This document shows positions 50,979-62,884 of a stretch of DNA of 64,000 bases, one piece after another. The number at the start of each line of letters is the position of its first letter. The stretch's first letter is position 1. Below the pieces are notes generated by a model. The model was not told where the DNA came from, ran no database searches, and saw only the letters and a list, made by a program, of their open reading frames with translations. The position numbers were made by a program, and so were the translations under genes. This DNA is from Scyliorhinus canicula (taxonomy: Eukaryota): contig NC_052148.1 in the NCBI RefSeq assembly GCF_902713615.1, positions 123,723,755 through 123,787,754 on the forward strand, written 5' to 3'.

Positions 50979-52577
50979 TGATCTACAATCTCGCGGACCC
51001 ATCGATCGATGGTTTCTCCCAGAAGGAGTTTATTGGAGAGTGGGAGCTCCCTGTCATCTTAGATGTCAGCATCAGAAGCCTGATTTGCATCTTCTTCAAG
51101 AGAGGACGTGGGTTTGAGCACAGGCTTCTCTGTTACTGATCGCAGCACCACTTCTTTCTTTCTCTTTTCCCCCCGAGGTTTCCATGTCTGGAATGAAGAA
51201 GAGCAATTGCGGCTCGGTGAGAAATCACAGAATTGGGAGGCTCTCCAATAATTTGCTGAGAAGATGTGTAAATTCTATTCCATACCGATTTCATTGGGAG
51301 CTTTCAGATTTGTTGTAGGTTCGAGCGGAGCAGTGGGACCAGAAGTATTCTTTAATATTCTTTCTGATGTGTGTGTAGGAAGTGCTGGTCCAGTGGGTGG
51401 CTCAGTGGCTGGAGTCTGCTGGAACCTGGCCGCCCTCCCCAGTCCTGGTGAATTGTCCCCGCTTCCACAGTCCCAGCCAAACACCAGCAGCCCAGCCCCC
51501 CTGCTGGGGTTCCCCGCGGGGTCAGTGCTTAAAGGAAAAGCTTCCCCGCTTACAAATAAACCTGCTTCATCTCGGGGCCCCACAGTAGTTGGGGTTTGAC
51601 ACGCGGATGCTCTTCATTCTGAACAGACATCCGCTGGAATTAGGTAAAACTAAACCTGAGCATCAGACTCCACAAAGCGCAGAGTTGATCACACGGAGTG
51701 AATACAATCTCCTCTCCTATGAAGCAAAGGGACAGCTAAAAAGAGCCCGCTTCTAAATGTTCATTCAGCCTGTTTGTTTTAAATGTTATTTTAATAACAT
51801 GCATTGACATGGTATGATTGGATTGGATTTGTTTATTGTCACGTGTACCAAGATACAGTGAAAAGTATTTTTCTGCTAGCAGCTCAACAGATCATTAAGT
51901 AAATGGGAAGAAATTGGAATAAAAGAAAATACATAATAGGGCAACACAAGATATACAAGTAACTAAATAAGCAGCAGCATGGGATGAAGCATACAGGGTG
52001 TAGTGTTAATGAGATCAGTCCATAAGAGGGTCATTTAGGAGTCTGGTGACAGTGGGGAAGAAGCTGTTTTTGAGTCTGTTCGTGAGTGTTCTCAGACTTC
52101 TGTATCTCCTGTCCCTGCTTTCCCCAGGCAGCGGGAGGTGTAGATGAAGTCAAGGGCGGGTTACTGAGCCTGATAACAAAATGTTAGCGCTCCAGCCTGA
52201 GGGAGTCTGATATTTTCTCTGCCAATATTTATTCAGAGTTAAGGTTCAGTAATTCTATCCGGGTAAAATCATCAGCGTTAACTACAATGTTGAAGAAATA
52301 GAACAATAAAAATATTTTTATTGAATAGTTTGCCCTTATTACAAGTGGTACTGGGAATATATTTCCGCATTTCAGGGACCCTATAGCCCAGGACAGCCAA
52401 TTGCAGAGTAAAATCCACTTTAACCCCAACCTGGGGTAAGCTCCCTGCAGCCTGTCCATGTGAGATATTACACTTCCCTACAGCTCCCTTCCTTAAAGTC
52501 AGTCCAGAGCTCGCAGGTGGCAGCATTCTGCTCACAGCTCTTGCCTACTAGAATCTTAAAAGTTTCTTCCGAGTAAG

Positions 52578-53005
52578 CTTCCACCCCTGTACAGGGAAGG
52601 CAGTCCCGAGGAAGGGCTTCAACCCCTGTACAGGGAAGGCAGTCCCGAGGAAGGGCTTCCTCCCCTGTACTGGGAAGGCAGTCCCGAGGAAGGGCTTCCT
52701 CCCCTGTACTGGGAAGGCAGTCCCGAGGAAGGGCTTCCTCCCCTGTACTGGGAAGGCAGTCCCGAGGAAGGGCTTCCTCCCCTGTACTGGGAAGGCAGTC
52801 CCGAGGAAGGGCTTTCTCCCCTGTACTGGGAAGGTAGTCCCGAGGAAGGGCTTCCTCCCCTGTACTGGGAAGGCAGTCCCGAGGAAGGGCTTCCTCCCCT
52901 GTACTGGGAAGGCAGTCCCGAGGAAGGGCTTCCTCCCCTGTACTGGGAAGGCAGTCCCGAGGAAGGGCTTCCTCCCCTGTACTGGGAAGGCAGTCCCGAG
53001 GAAGG
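52578..53005. repeat. 39-bp minisatellite, about 11 copies
   Basis: Unit gcttcctcccctgtactgggaaggcagtcccgaggaagg, nearly invariant. Confidence 0.95.
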
Positions 53006-54844
53006 TCCGGCTCTGGTCACCACCAAGACGGGCTGAAGGTCTGTCTCATTTGAAGGGAGCAGTTGAAATGGGTGGAGGGGAGGAACATGCCCAAAGTGGA
53101 CCACGCGGCACCCAACAGATCACAGCACAGTCGGAAGCTGCAGAAACCCTGGATGTGGATCAAGGGAACACCCTCCCCGGCCCTGGACCTGTGGCTTCAG
53201 GATTAGTCTGCGGACCCACACACCATGGAGCCTGGCACAAATCCTCCTGGAATTGATGACTGGGAACTGCGTTGAGACGGACAAATATTACTTGACAGAA
53301 GACATTGCATTTATATAACGCCTCTCGCAGCCACCAATTCAGCAAATTAAACAGTTTTTTGAAGTCCAGTCACTTTTAATATGTAGGAAAGAGAAAGACT
53401 ACAGCTAACTTCACACAGGCTGCAATGAAATAACGACCCTTTTGTGATGTTGACTGAGGGATTTTGGTAAGGACACCAGGATAATTTCCCTGTTCTTTGA
53501 AATAGTTTAAAGTTTTCCATGTCACTACTGGCAACCCTTGCTCATCGAATTCCACAGAATTCCGAGTTTCCCGCTTCTTTTGCTCAGTTTTTTCCCAGGC
53601 TGTTCTCTCAACATGAACCTGTTCTCCACGATTCCACCCCCTCCCTTCTCTGCTTGAAATTCCCAGGCCCCTCTATCTCATTCCGTGTCCACCGCCACCC
53701 TCCCAGCGGGAGCATTTTGCACCATGATATATATTGTTGGCCTCTGATGCCTGGGAGCCCGTTTCCCATGTGGCCCGTTGTGCATTGCTTATTGAAGTGC
53801 TTGATTCTGTGGCATTACAGCTTGACCTTTTCACCCGAAAACTGTTGATATTTTGATCCAGTTTATGTGCAAGGCTGAAGTTGTGATGTTGGAAGTGTTA
53901 CATTACTGTGTTTTTTATCTTGCAAATCCAGATCCTGCTGCTGCATCTGCCAACTGAATATTACTTTGTATATATTGGAAAGAATGCTGTTTGATGAATA
54001 ATGAATGTTCTTCAAGAAACTAATACACTTAGATTTGATATGACATCATCATAACTTACTTCAGAACACACTCACTGTTAAACACTGAACTATACTCGTT
54101 ACTTCTTGCCCTCCTCCTAGCTCACCTCCCAGCAGTAATAATACATAGACTGGGGCGGCTTTAACAAGACTATTCTGAGACTTCGGCCCCTCGGCGAAGG
54201 GAAGTGCCAACCTTCAGAGCAGTTGGCCAATCTGATTTGTCAGCACTGAGTAGTCCCGGCAGCGGGGAAATCTGTAAAATCCCTATGGTGCAGAAGGAGG
54301 CCATTCAGCCCATTGAGTCTGCCCCGACGCTCTGAAAGAGCACTTTACCTAGGCACACTCTGCGGCCTTATCCCCCTTAACCCCGTAACCACATCTCACA
54401 TGCACACCTCTGGACTGTGGGAGGAAACCGGAGCACCCGGAGGAAACCGCTGCAAACACGGGGAGAAAATGCAAACTCCTCACAGATGGTCACCCAAGAC
54501 GGGAATTGAACCCGGGTCCCTGAAACTGTGAGGCAGCAGTGCTAACCACTGTGCCACCGTGCTGCAGTAGTGGCGGGTAGGGGTCAGGCATTTTTTGGGG
54601 GGGGGCACAGATCAGGAAATTCATGGGGAACATCTTGCAGGACATGCCTTTCTACGCTAGGTTTGGTTTAGCAAGTAAGATACAGAGGAGGGTGGGGGGG
54701 GGGAGAAAGATTTTTCTTACCTTTACTGTGTTCAGTGTATTATTTTTGACTTCTTTGCATATAGTGGTGTCATTTCATGTATCACCAGCTTATGCTGTAT
54801 GCCAGTGTTTTTCAAACTTTTTTCTGGGGACCCATTTTTACCAA

Positions 54845-55255
54845 CTGGCCAACCTTTGGGACCCAACCCGGCAGACCTTCGCGACCCAGGCCGGCCGACC
54901 TTTGGGAGCCAACCCGGCCGACCTTCGCGACCCAGGCCGGCCGACCTTCGGGACCCAACCCGGCCGACCTTCGCGCCCCACGCTGGCCGACCTTCGCATC
55001 CCACGCTGGCCGACCTTCGGGAGCCAACCCGGCCGACCTTCGCGACCCACGCCGGCAGACTTCGGGAGCCAACCCGGCCGACCTTCGCGACCCAGGCCGG
55101 CCGACCTTCGGGACCCAACCCGGCCAACCTTCGCGACCCACGCCGGCCGACCTTCGCGACCCACGCCGGCTGACCTTCGCGGCCCAGGCCGGTTGACCAT
55201 TGCAACCCACGCCAGCCAATCTTCGCGGCCTACGCCCGCTGACCTGCACGACCCA
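54845..55255. repeat. 21-22-bp GC-rich subterminal tandem array (ccgaccttcgcgaccca...)
   Basis: About 19 imperfect units, directly visible. Confidence 0.9.
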
Positions 55256-55297
55256 CTATTTTCTCTTACCTTGTTTGCTGCTGACTAAAATGGCAAA

Positions 55298-55456
55298 AGC
55301 TCGCATTCTAAGCATTGTCTTGCATCTTTGACTTTGTCTATATATATGTTTCTGGAACATACCTCTTCATTCACATGAGGAAGGAGCCGTGCTCTGAAAG
55401 CTAGTGTTTGAAACAAACCTGTTGGACTTTAACCTGGTGTTGTAAGACTTCTCACT
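55298..55456 (+). mobile_element. Penelope pseudo-LTR fragment
   Basis: Homologous to 27182-27340. Confidence 0.75.
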
Positions 55457-56642
55457 GGAAATAAATGAAGGAAATGGGGGCGGCATGTGGCACAGTGGAT
55501 AGCACTGGGACTGCGGTGCTGAGGTCCCAGGTTCGATCCCGGCTCTGGGTCACTGTCCGTGTGGAGTTTGCACATTCTCCCCATGTCTGCGTGGGTTTCA
55601 CCCCAACAACCCAAAGATGTGCAGCACAGGTGAATTGGCCACGCTAAATTGCCCCTTAATTGGAAAAAAAAATAATTGGGTACCCTAAATGTATATTAAA
55701 AAAGTAAAAATTTTTAAATGGAGGAAATGGTTTTGTGTCCCTTTGGCCCTCCTACACGCTCCTCCAATGGAACCTGTTGAATGAAGGTGAAGCCTTCCAA
55801 TGTCGGAAAGTCTGGAGTCTCCATCTATCCAAAGTTCTGCATTTTTTCCTGTAAAGGTTTATCAAATAAACCCCCCCCCGAACTTGTAAAAACAAAAATG
55901 AAATGAGTAATGTAAATGAAAAAAGTAAAAATAAAATGAATAAAATAAAATAAATAAATCCCCCCGAACTTGTAAAAAAAAATGAATAAAATAAATGAAA
56001 AAAAATCAATAAAATAAAATGAACAAAACCCCCCCCCCGAACTTGGGAAAAAATAGTTGCGACCATTTAAAAAAAAAGCGGCCACACTGTGCATGCGTGC
56101 CCGATCACCGGCCTGCTGTGCATAGTTTCGCGCATGCGCACCGGTGATCTGGCACGCATGCGCAGTGTGGCCGCATTTTTTTTTTACATGTTCGCGGCCA
56201 TTTTGAAGGCCACTTGCAGCCGGCGTTATTAAAAGCCAGCTGTTACGCGTGGATTAACGTGATCGGGTGCGCCGCGATGGACGGCTCCGCGATCTTCCCG
56301 ACACTCGCCCTAGACCCACCCGCGAGTCGCACCCCCGAGTTTCACAATGCCTGCTGTATGCCATGAGATTAAACCAGAAGCAGCAGAGAATTGCTTGTTG
56401 GCTATGTGGAGCCAAAACTTTGCTATGAGCAGCAAGCAGTGGATTTTTTTTTTCATTCGTACTCACATGCATTCTGATCATGATTTATATAATATTCACC
56501 AAACTGTTTATCGATAGCTATTGAAGTTTTGTAAAACAAAAGTGTTCAGGATTTGAACAAATTTTGTATTTTATTCATTCTTGGAATGTGGCCTTCACTG
56601 GTAAGGCAGTGTTTACTAGGGATGGGTAATATCTCCACCTAC

Positions 56643-57574
56643 TGCAGCTCAAAAACTTCCTACGAAAGGAGACAAGGACGTACCCACAACCGCCACGACA
56701 GACACTACTGGAAGACCTACTGGACGCAAGTATCCTAGAGAAAGGGAACTGTAGTGACATGTATGACCGACTGGTAGATAGGGACGACACCGTACTGGAC
56801 GCAACAAGAAGGAAATGGGAGGACGACCTGGGGATGGAGATAGGGTGGGGACTCTGGAGCGAAGCACTGCATAGGGTCAACTCCACCTCCACGTGCGCAA
56901 GGCTCAGCCTGACGCAACTAAAAGTGGTACATAGAGCCCACTTAACAAGAACCCGTATGAGTAGGTTCTTCCCGGAGGTGGAAGACAGATGTGAACGGTG
57001 CCAAAGAGGCCCGGCCAACCACGCCCACATGTTCTGGTCTTGCCCCAGACTCGTGGAGTACTGGACAGCCTTCTTCGAGGTTATGTCCAAAGTGGTGGGA
57101 GTGAGGGTGGAGCCATGCCCGATAGTGGCGGTCTTCGGGGTTTCAGAACAGCCAGATCTATTCCTGGGGAGGAGGGCGGACGCCCTTGCCTTTGCCTCCC
57201 TGATCGCCCGCCGTAGAATCCTGTTTGGCTGGCGGTCAGCAGCACCGCCCAGAGCTGCGGACTGGCTGTCCGACCTCTCGGAATCTCTCCAAATGGAGAA
57301 AATCAAATTTGCCATCCGAGGGTCGGACGACGGCTTCCACAGAACGTGGGAGCCATTCATGCAACTGTTCCGGGACCTATTTGTGGCCAATGTACAAGAG
57401 GAAGAATAGGCGGGGGAAGGTAGCGGGAGGGGCTACAGGTTCGGTACGGGGGTTCGATGGCTAGCTAAGGCCCAAAACCAAACTAAATAAACAGGTTGGG
57501 GGGGCGGGCGCAGTTACTACTACGAAGATGCTTACCTGTAAATATGTATGTTAATTTTTGCGTGTTTGTTTGTT

Positions 57575-57606
<32 letters not shown>

Positions 57607-57694
57607 TTCTTTTTCTCTCCTAACAATTTGTAATTTGTTCAATATAAAATATGAAAACTGAATAAAAACATTTATAAAAAAAAAAAAAAAAAAA
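56643..57694 (+). mobile_element. Short 5'-truncated L1/Tx1-type LINE, recent
   Basis: Intact ORF2 C-terminus (56759..57409), long pure A tail, 15-bp TSD AATATCTCCACCTAC at 56628-56642 and 57695-57709. Confidence 0.93.
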
Positions 57695-58020
57695 AATATC
57701 TCCACCTACATCCCATCAATGAAGAAAAAGCACAATTGCTGCTCACTAACCAACTTGAGGTTATGATTGTAGCCATGATCTCCTTTGCATATGTTACCTG
57801 TGTTAATACACATCAGACATGTGTTCAATACAGCAGGTAATTATTGCATGAGTTGGAAATATCTGCAATTAATGTTTCTGAACGATGAGGATGTTTTTAC
57901 AGGCGAACTTAACTTAGTAACAAACTGAACCTGGAAAATAATCTATTCCTGTTTTTAAGAGCCAAAAGTGTTTATTTTAAAAGGTCAAATATCAAATATC
58001 TTGTTTTTTTAGTTTAGAGA

Positions 58021-58066
58021 ATGAAGATCCTCCTTGTGATTTCTGGAATCTTGCTTGTCGTCCAAG
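58021..58066 (+). CDS. Signal-peptide exon of PGRP gene (MKILLVISGILLVVQ-G)
   Basis: Hydrophobic leader with AAG|gtaaat phase-1 donor, compatible with the exon at 62683. An acceptor just upstream implies a non-coding first exon. Confidence 0.7.
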
Positions 58067-58995
58067 GTAAATACATACAATTCATAACCCACATTGGGAG
58101 CGTTAACTGATAATTCTGCTTCTTATATTTTATAGTAAGAATTCATTAACCGCTTTGGATGATCTATGGCAAACTGTCATTCTCTTTAAATACCTTCTCC
58201 TTCAAAAATCAGTTATATTCCTGTCAGTTAAATATTGGATAGAACAAAGTCATTACCTTTGGACCCTGCCAAAACTCCCTTCCCTGCCCACCAATTCCAT
58301 CCCTTTCCCTGGTTGCTGTGTGCGGCTGGACCAGACAAGTCACAGCCTTGCTGTCATATTTGACCATGAGATGAGTTTTAGACCACATAGCCGCTTCATC
58401 ATTAGGACTGCCCACCTCGACCTCCATAAAAATCCACATTTCAGCCCTTAGCTGAACTCATCTGCTGCTGAAGCCTTCATCCATAACGTTGTTATCCATA
58501 GTCTTATCCATAGTCTCGCAGCCCTCCCTACCCCCACCCGCACCAGGTACCAACATCTGTAAACTTGAAGCCATCCAAAAGTTTGCTGCCACTCTCCTAA
58601 CTCATACCAAGTTCCAGTAACCCATTACCTTTGTGCCCTGTATTCCTGAGATGACCATTGCTCCGTTTTAAAATTATCATCCCTATTTTTAGATCCTTTC
58701 ATTGATTTGTCCCTTCCCACCTCTGCAACCTCCTAAGCCCAGAATCCTCTGATATCTCTATGCTTACTCAATTCTGGCCTCACATGCATCCCGTATGTGA
58801 ATTGCTCCAACATTGGCAGCTATGCCTTCAGCTGCTCTTAGGCCCTAGGATCTGGAATTCTCCCCCTAAACATCTCTGCCTCGCTATTGCCATCTCCTCC
58901 TTTTAAGATGCCCTTACCTCTTTGACCAATATTTGGCTTGGTGTTCCATTTTCCTTAATGATATTCCTGTGCAGGGCCTTGAGACATTTGATTAT

Positions 58996-59375
58996 GGGCG
59001 CGACCTAACCAAAAAAAATGAGTCCGTTCTGGGCATAAATCCATCTTCATGCCAATTAAGGTCATGTTTTAACCACCCAGCAGTGGTCACGGCCGAGACT
59101 ACACCCAATCCTCAACAACGTTTAGCATTGGAGCCAGATGTAGGGATGTGGTGGTGGATATCGCCAGAGCTAGGCTGGCAGGCCCCAGCCTGGGAGATAA
59201 GGAGGCAGGGCTAGAAGGGAGGGGATACACGGGGCTGGCTGGAGCTTGTAAAATTACAGCGGAGACAAGGATGGGCTGATTGGTGCCGGAAAAGCTCCAA
59301 TGGCATTTTATGCACCCCTCCCCACACACACACACTACCTGCAAATCCACCCACCAGTCCGCGAAAATTCTCCCC
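58996..59375. mobile_element. Degenerate Harbinger-like MITE remnant
   Basis: Begins gggcgcga and ends aaaattctcccc, similar to the termini of 24374-25036. Confidence 0.35.
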
Positions 59376-60555
59376 AGGGTAATTGGTTATTGTATGTTGT
59401 ATGTTCAAAGATTTATATAAACTGGCTCATCTGTCATATTCCTCATTTCCATGAAAGTCCCAGGTTTGTGACTATAACCGCCCCCCCCCCCCCCCCCCCC
59501 CCCCCCAACAGTGGGTGAGGCAGGGCACACACACCTGCAGTGGGTGAGGCAGGGAAGGTTCTACACCCAGGAACAGTTTTGACCCTGTTTAAAGCCCCCT
59601 AAGCAAATATTCAGCTCATGCAGTTCAGCTGGGAGGGAGTGGCCTATGGAGTCCTTAACATTGACTCCCGAGCCCATGGAGTCTCATGGCATCAGGGCGC
59701 ACAAAGACAAGGAAACCCCCTGATGATTGCCATCTTCTGCCCTCCCTCAACTCCTGCATCAGTACTCCTCCATGTTGAATTCCATTTGAAAGAAGCACTG
59801 AGGGTAGCAAGGGAGCAGAATGTACTTTAAGTGGGAGACTTCAATATCTATCACCAAATGATAACCATGCTGGCTGAGTTGTAAAGGACATATCTGCCAG
59901 ATTAGGCTATGGCAGGTGGCAAAAGAAACAATGAGAGAAAAGCATGCTTGACTTCATCCTCGGGTATTTTACCTGTTGCAGATGCATCAGTCTAAGAAAG
60001 TATTGGTGGTGTAACTACCACTCAGCGGATACAAGGTCACATTTTCACATTGAGGACACCTTCCAACATTTTATGGGACAGATTGAGCAGAATTATGCAA
60101 CTCAAAAAGGAGCATTGATTAAAAGCTTTCTGCCATCAACAACTGGAGAACAAATTTGCCACATTAAGTAACCCCATGGTCCAGCATGTCCTTCACTTTC
60201 TCATGACAATCCAGTCCAGAGATCAAGCCTGGTTCAATGAGGAATGTGGGACAATATGTCAGGAACAGCAGCAGCAGTAGCTGAAAATGAGGTACCAACC
60301 TGGTGAAGCTAAAACACAAGACCATGTGCATGCAAACAGCATGTTATAGACAAAACTAAGCATTCCTACAACTATTGGATCACAGAAAAACTCTGCATTC
60401 CTGTTTCATCCAGTCATGTATAGTGGTGGGAAATTAATTCAGCGGCAGCCACAGTTCATTTGGTAAAACACTCTCCTTTTGAGTCTGAAGGCTGTGAGGT
60501 CAAGTCAGATGCCAGTACTTGAGCACAAAAGTAATCAAGACTGATACTCCAATGC

Positions 60556-61491
60556 AGTACTGGGGGAGTGCTGCATTGCTGGAGTACTGGGGGAGTGCTG
60601 CATTGCTGGAGTACTGAGGGAGTGCTGCATTGCTGGAGTACTGAGGGAGTGCTGCATTGCTGGAGTACTGAGGGAGTGCTGCATTGCTGGGGTACTGAGG
60701 GAGTGCTACATTGCTGGGGTACTGAGGGAGTGCTGCATTGCTGGAGTACTGAGGGAGTGCTGCATTGCTGGGGTACTGAGGGAGTGCTACATTGCTGGGG
60801 TACTGAGGGAGTGCTGCATTGCTGGAGTACTGAGGGAGTGCTGCATTGCTGGGGTACTGAGGGAGTGCTGCACTGCTGGAGTACTGAGGGAGTGCTGCAT
60901 TGCTGGGGTACTGAGGGAGTGCTACATTGCTGGGGTACTGAGGGAGTGCTGCATTGCTGGAGTACTGAGGGAGTGCTGCATTGCTGGGGTACTGAGGGAG
61001 TGCTACATTGCTGGAGTACTGAGGGAGTGTTGCATTGCTGGGTTACTGAGGGAGTGCTGCATTGCTGGGGTACTGAGGGAGCACGACATTGCTGGAATGC
61101 TGAGGGAGCACTGCATTATTGGAGTGCTGGGGGAGTGCTGCATTGCTGGAGTACTGAGGGAGTGCTGCATTGCTGGAGTACTGAGGGAGTGCTGCATTGC
61201 TGGAACACTGAGAAAGTGCTGCATTGCTGGAGTACTGAGGGAGTGCTGCATTGCTGGAGTACTGAGGGAGCACTACATTGTTGTGTACAGATGGAGTGCT
61301 GCATTGTTGGAGTACTGAGGAAGCATTGCATTGCTGGAATACTGAGGGAGTGCTGCATTGCTGAAGTACTGAGAAAGCGCAGCATTGCTGGAGTACTGAG
61401 GGAGTGCTGCATTGTCGGAGTACAGATGGAGTGCTGCATTGTTGGAGTACAGATGGAGTGCTGCATTGTTGGAGTACAGATGGAGTGCTGC
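60556..61491 (+). repeat. 27-bp minisatellite (about 34 units) grown out of a SINE body
   Basis: Unit gtactgagggagtgctgcattgctgga. It is preceded at 60443-60555 by a tRNA-like SINE head. Confidence 0.93.
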
Positions 61492-62682
61492 AGGACACCA
61501 CCCTGAGAAACTCCACAGAAATGTCCTGGGGAATGATTGACCTTCAACAACTTCAACCATCTTCCACAAAAGGTCATCTGGACTCGAAACGTGAGCTCTT
61601 TTCTATCCTTACAGATGCTGCCAGATCCGCTGAGATTTTCCAGCATTTTGTCTTTTGGTTTCAAATTCCAGCATCCGTAATAATTTGCTTTTATCAACCA
61701 TCTTCCATTGTGATAGGAATCACTCCAACTAATGGGGAGTTTTCCTCCTGCTTGACGTTGACTACATTTTTGCTACAGCTCCTTAATGCTGCACCTACTC
61801 AAATTCTGCCTGGATAGGTGAGGTGAGAGTGACTGCCCTTGACATCAAGGCAGTATTTGACCCAGCTTGGCATCAAGGATCACGAGAAAATGGAGTAGCA
61901 ACTGCTGGACAGTCAGCCTAACATCTGTGATAGGAAACACTTAGAAATAATCGTCTGGGCCAAAGTTAACTGGCACTTGGAAAATGTGAGTTAATAAATG
62001 AATGCCAGCAAGGATTTGTTGGTGGTAAGTCGTGTTTGACAATCCTGATTGATTTATTTGCTGAAGTAATGGAGAGGGTGGCAGTCCTATGTGTTTCAAA
62101 AGGTGGTTGATGAACACACTAGACTTTATAACAAAATTAAAACCAATGGAATTGAAGGGGCAGTGGCATATAACATTTGCTAAGGAATGGAAAATAGAGT
62201 GTAGTGGTCAATAGTGTTTTTTCAAACTGGAGGGAAGCACATTGTGGTGCCTCCCCTGGAGTTGGTAGGAGAATGTTTTGATATATTAATTACCAAGATA
62301 GATTTGAGTATACAGGGCAAAAACAAAAAGATGTGATGATGTATTCTGGTAGGACGATTGAGGAGAGGCAATATAATAAACATTTCAATTTTAAAAGTAT
62401 TGCAGGAACACAGGAGCTTGGGGTATACATGCACAAACGTACAAACATTAGGATCTGGATTGCACTGCCTGAAGAGACGGTGGAATCAGATTCAATAAGA
62501 ACATTCAAAGGGATTTTGATAAATACACAAAGGGGAAAAAGTTGCAAGACTGTGGGGAAGGGCAGGGAAATGAGACTAACTGTTCAAAGTGCTGACACAA
62601 GCATGTTGGACTGAATGGCCTCCTGTTGTGCTCTATTAATCTATGATTGTAATAGTCATCTGTCCTCCCACATTTCTCACAG

Positions 62683-62884
62683 GCTGCCCACCGATCATTA
62701 AACATTCTGAATGGACTACACGGGCTTCTAGTTGCACCCAGAGTCTGTCGACCCCTCTTAAATATGCTGTGATTCACCATACTGATGGCACTCCCTGCTT
62801 CAACATACTTGCGTGTAAGAGGCAACTGCAGAATATCCAGCATTACCATATGGACAAACGTGGCTGGTGCGATATTGGCTATAA
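62683..62884 (+). CDS. Peptidoglycan recognition protein (short PGLYRP1/5-like, amidase_2 domain) exon; gene continues beyond the window
   Basis: CPPIIKHSEW...YAVIHHT...IQHYHMDKRGWCDIGY(N) is the PGRP signature. ctcacag| and |gtaagt boundaries, with a phase-2 intron in the Asn codon. Confidence 0.9.

Larger units (their letters stand above)
54803..56353. mobile_element. hAT/Buster-type MITE with nested Penelope fragment and SINE
   Basis: Imperfect TIRs cagtgtttttcaaac and gtttcacaatgcctg. Perfect 8-bp TSD CTGTATGC (54795-54802 and 54354+2000=56354-56361) with a central TA. Confidence 0.88.

Noticed and set aside
50372-50981. RE-rich and SL-rich ORFs
   Set aside because: Translations of the (CT/GA) repeat.
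51141-51152. Possible REST/RE1 site upstream of neuronal SLC10A4 (cagcacc)
   Set aside because: Only a left half-site is present; the GGACAG half is absent.
54623-55288. Stack of six overlapping ORFs
   Set aside because: Stop-poor GC-rich tandem array inside a MITE.
60568-61506. 312-aa ORF of VLHCWSTEG repeats; array superficially CRISPR-like
   Set aside because: Head-to-tail 27-bp minisatellite without unique spacers, SINE-derived and intronic. No cas genes, and the context is eukaryotic.
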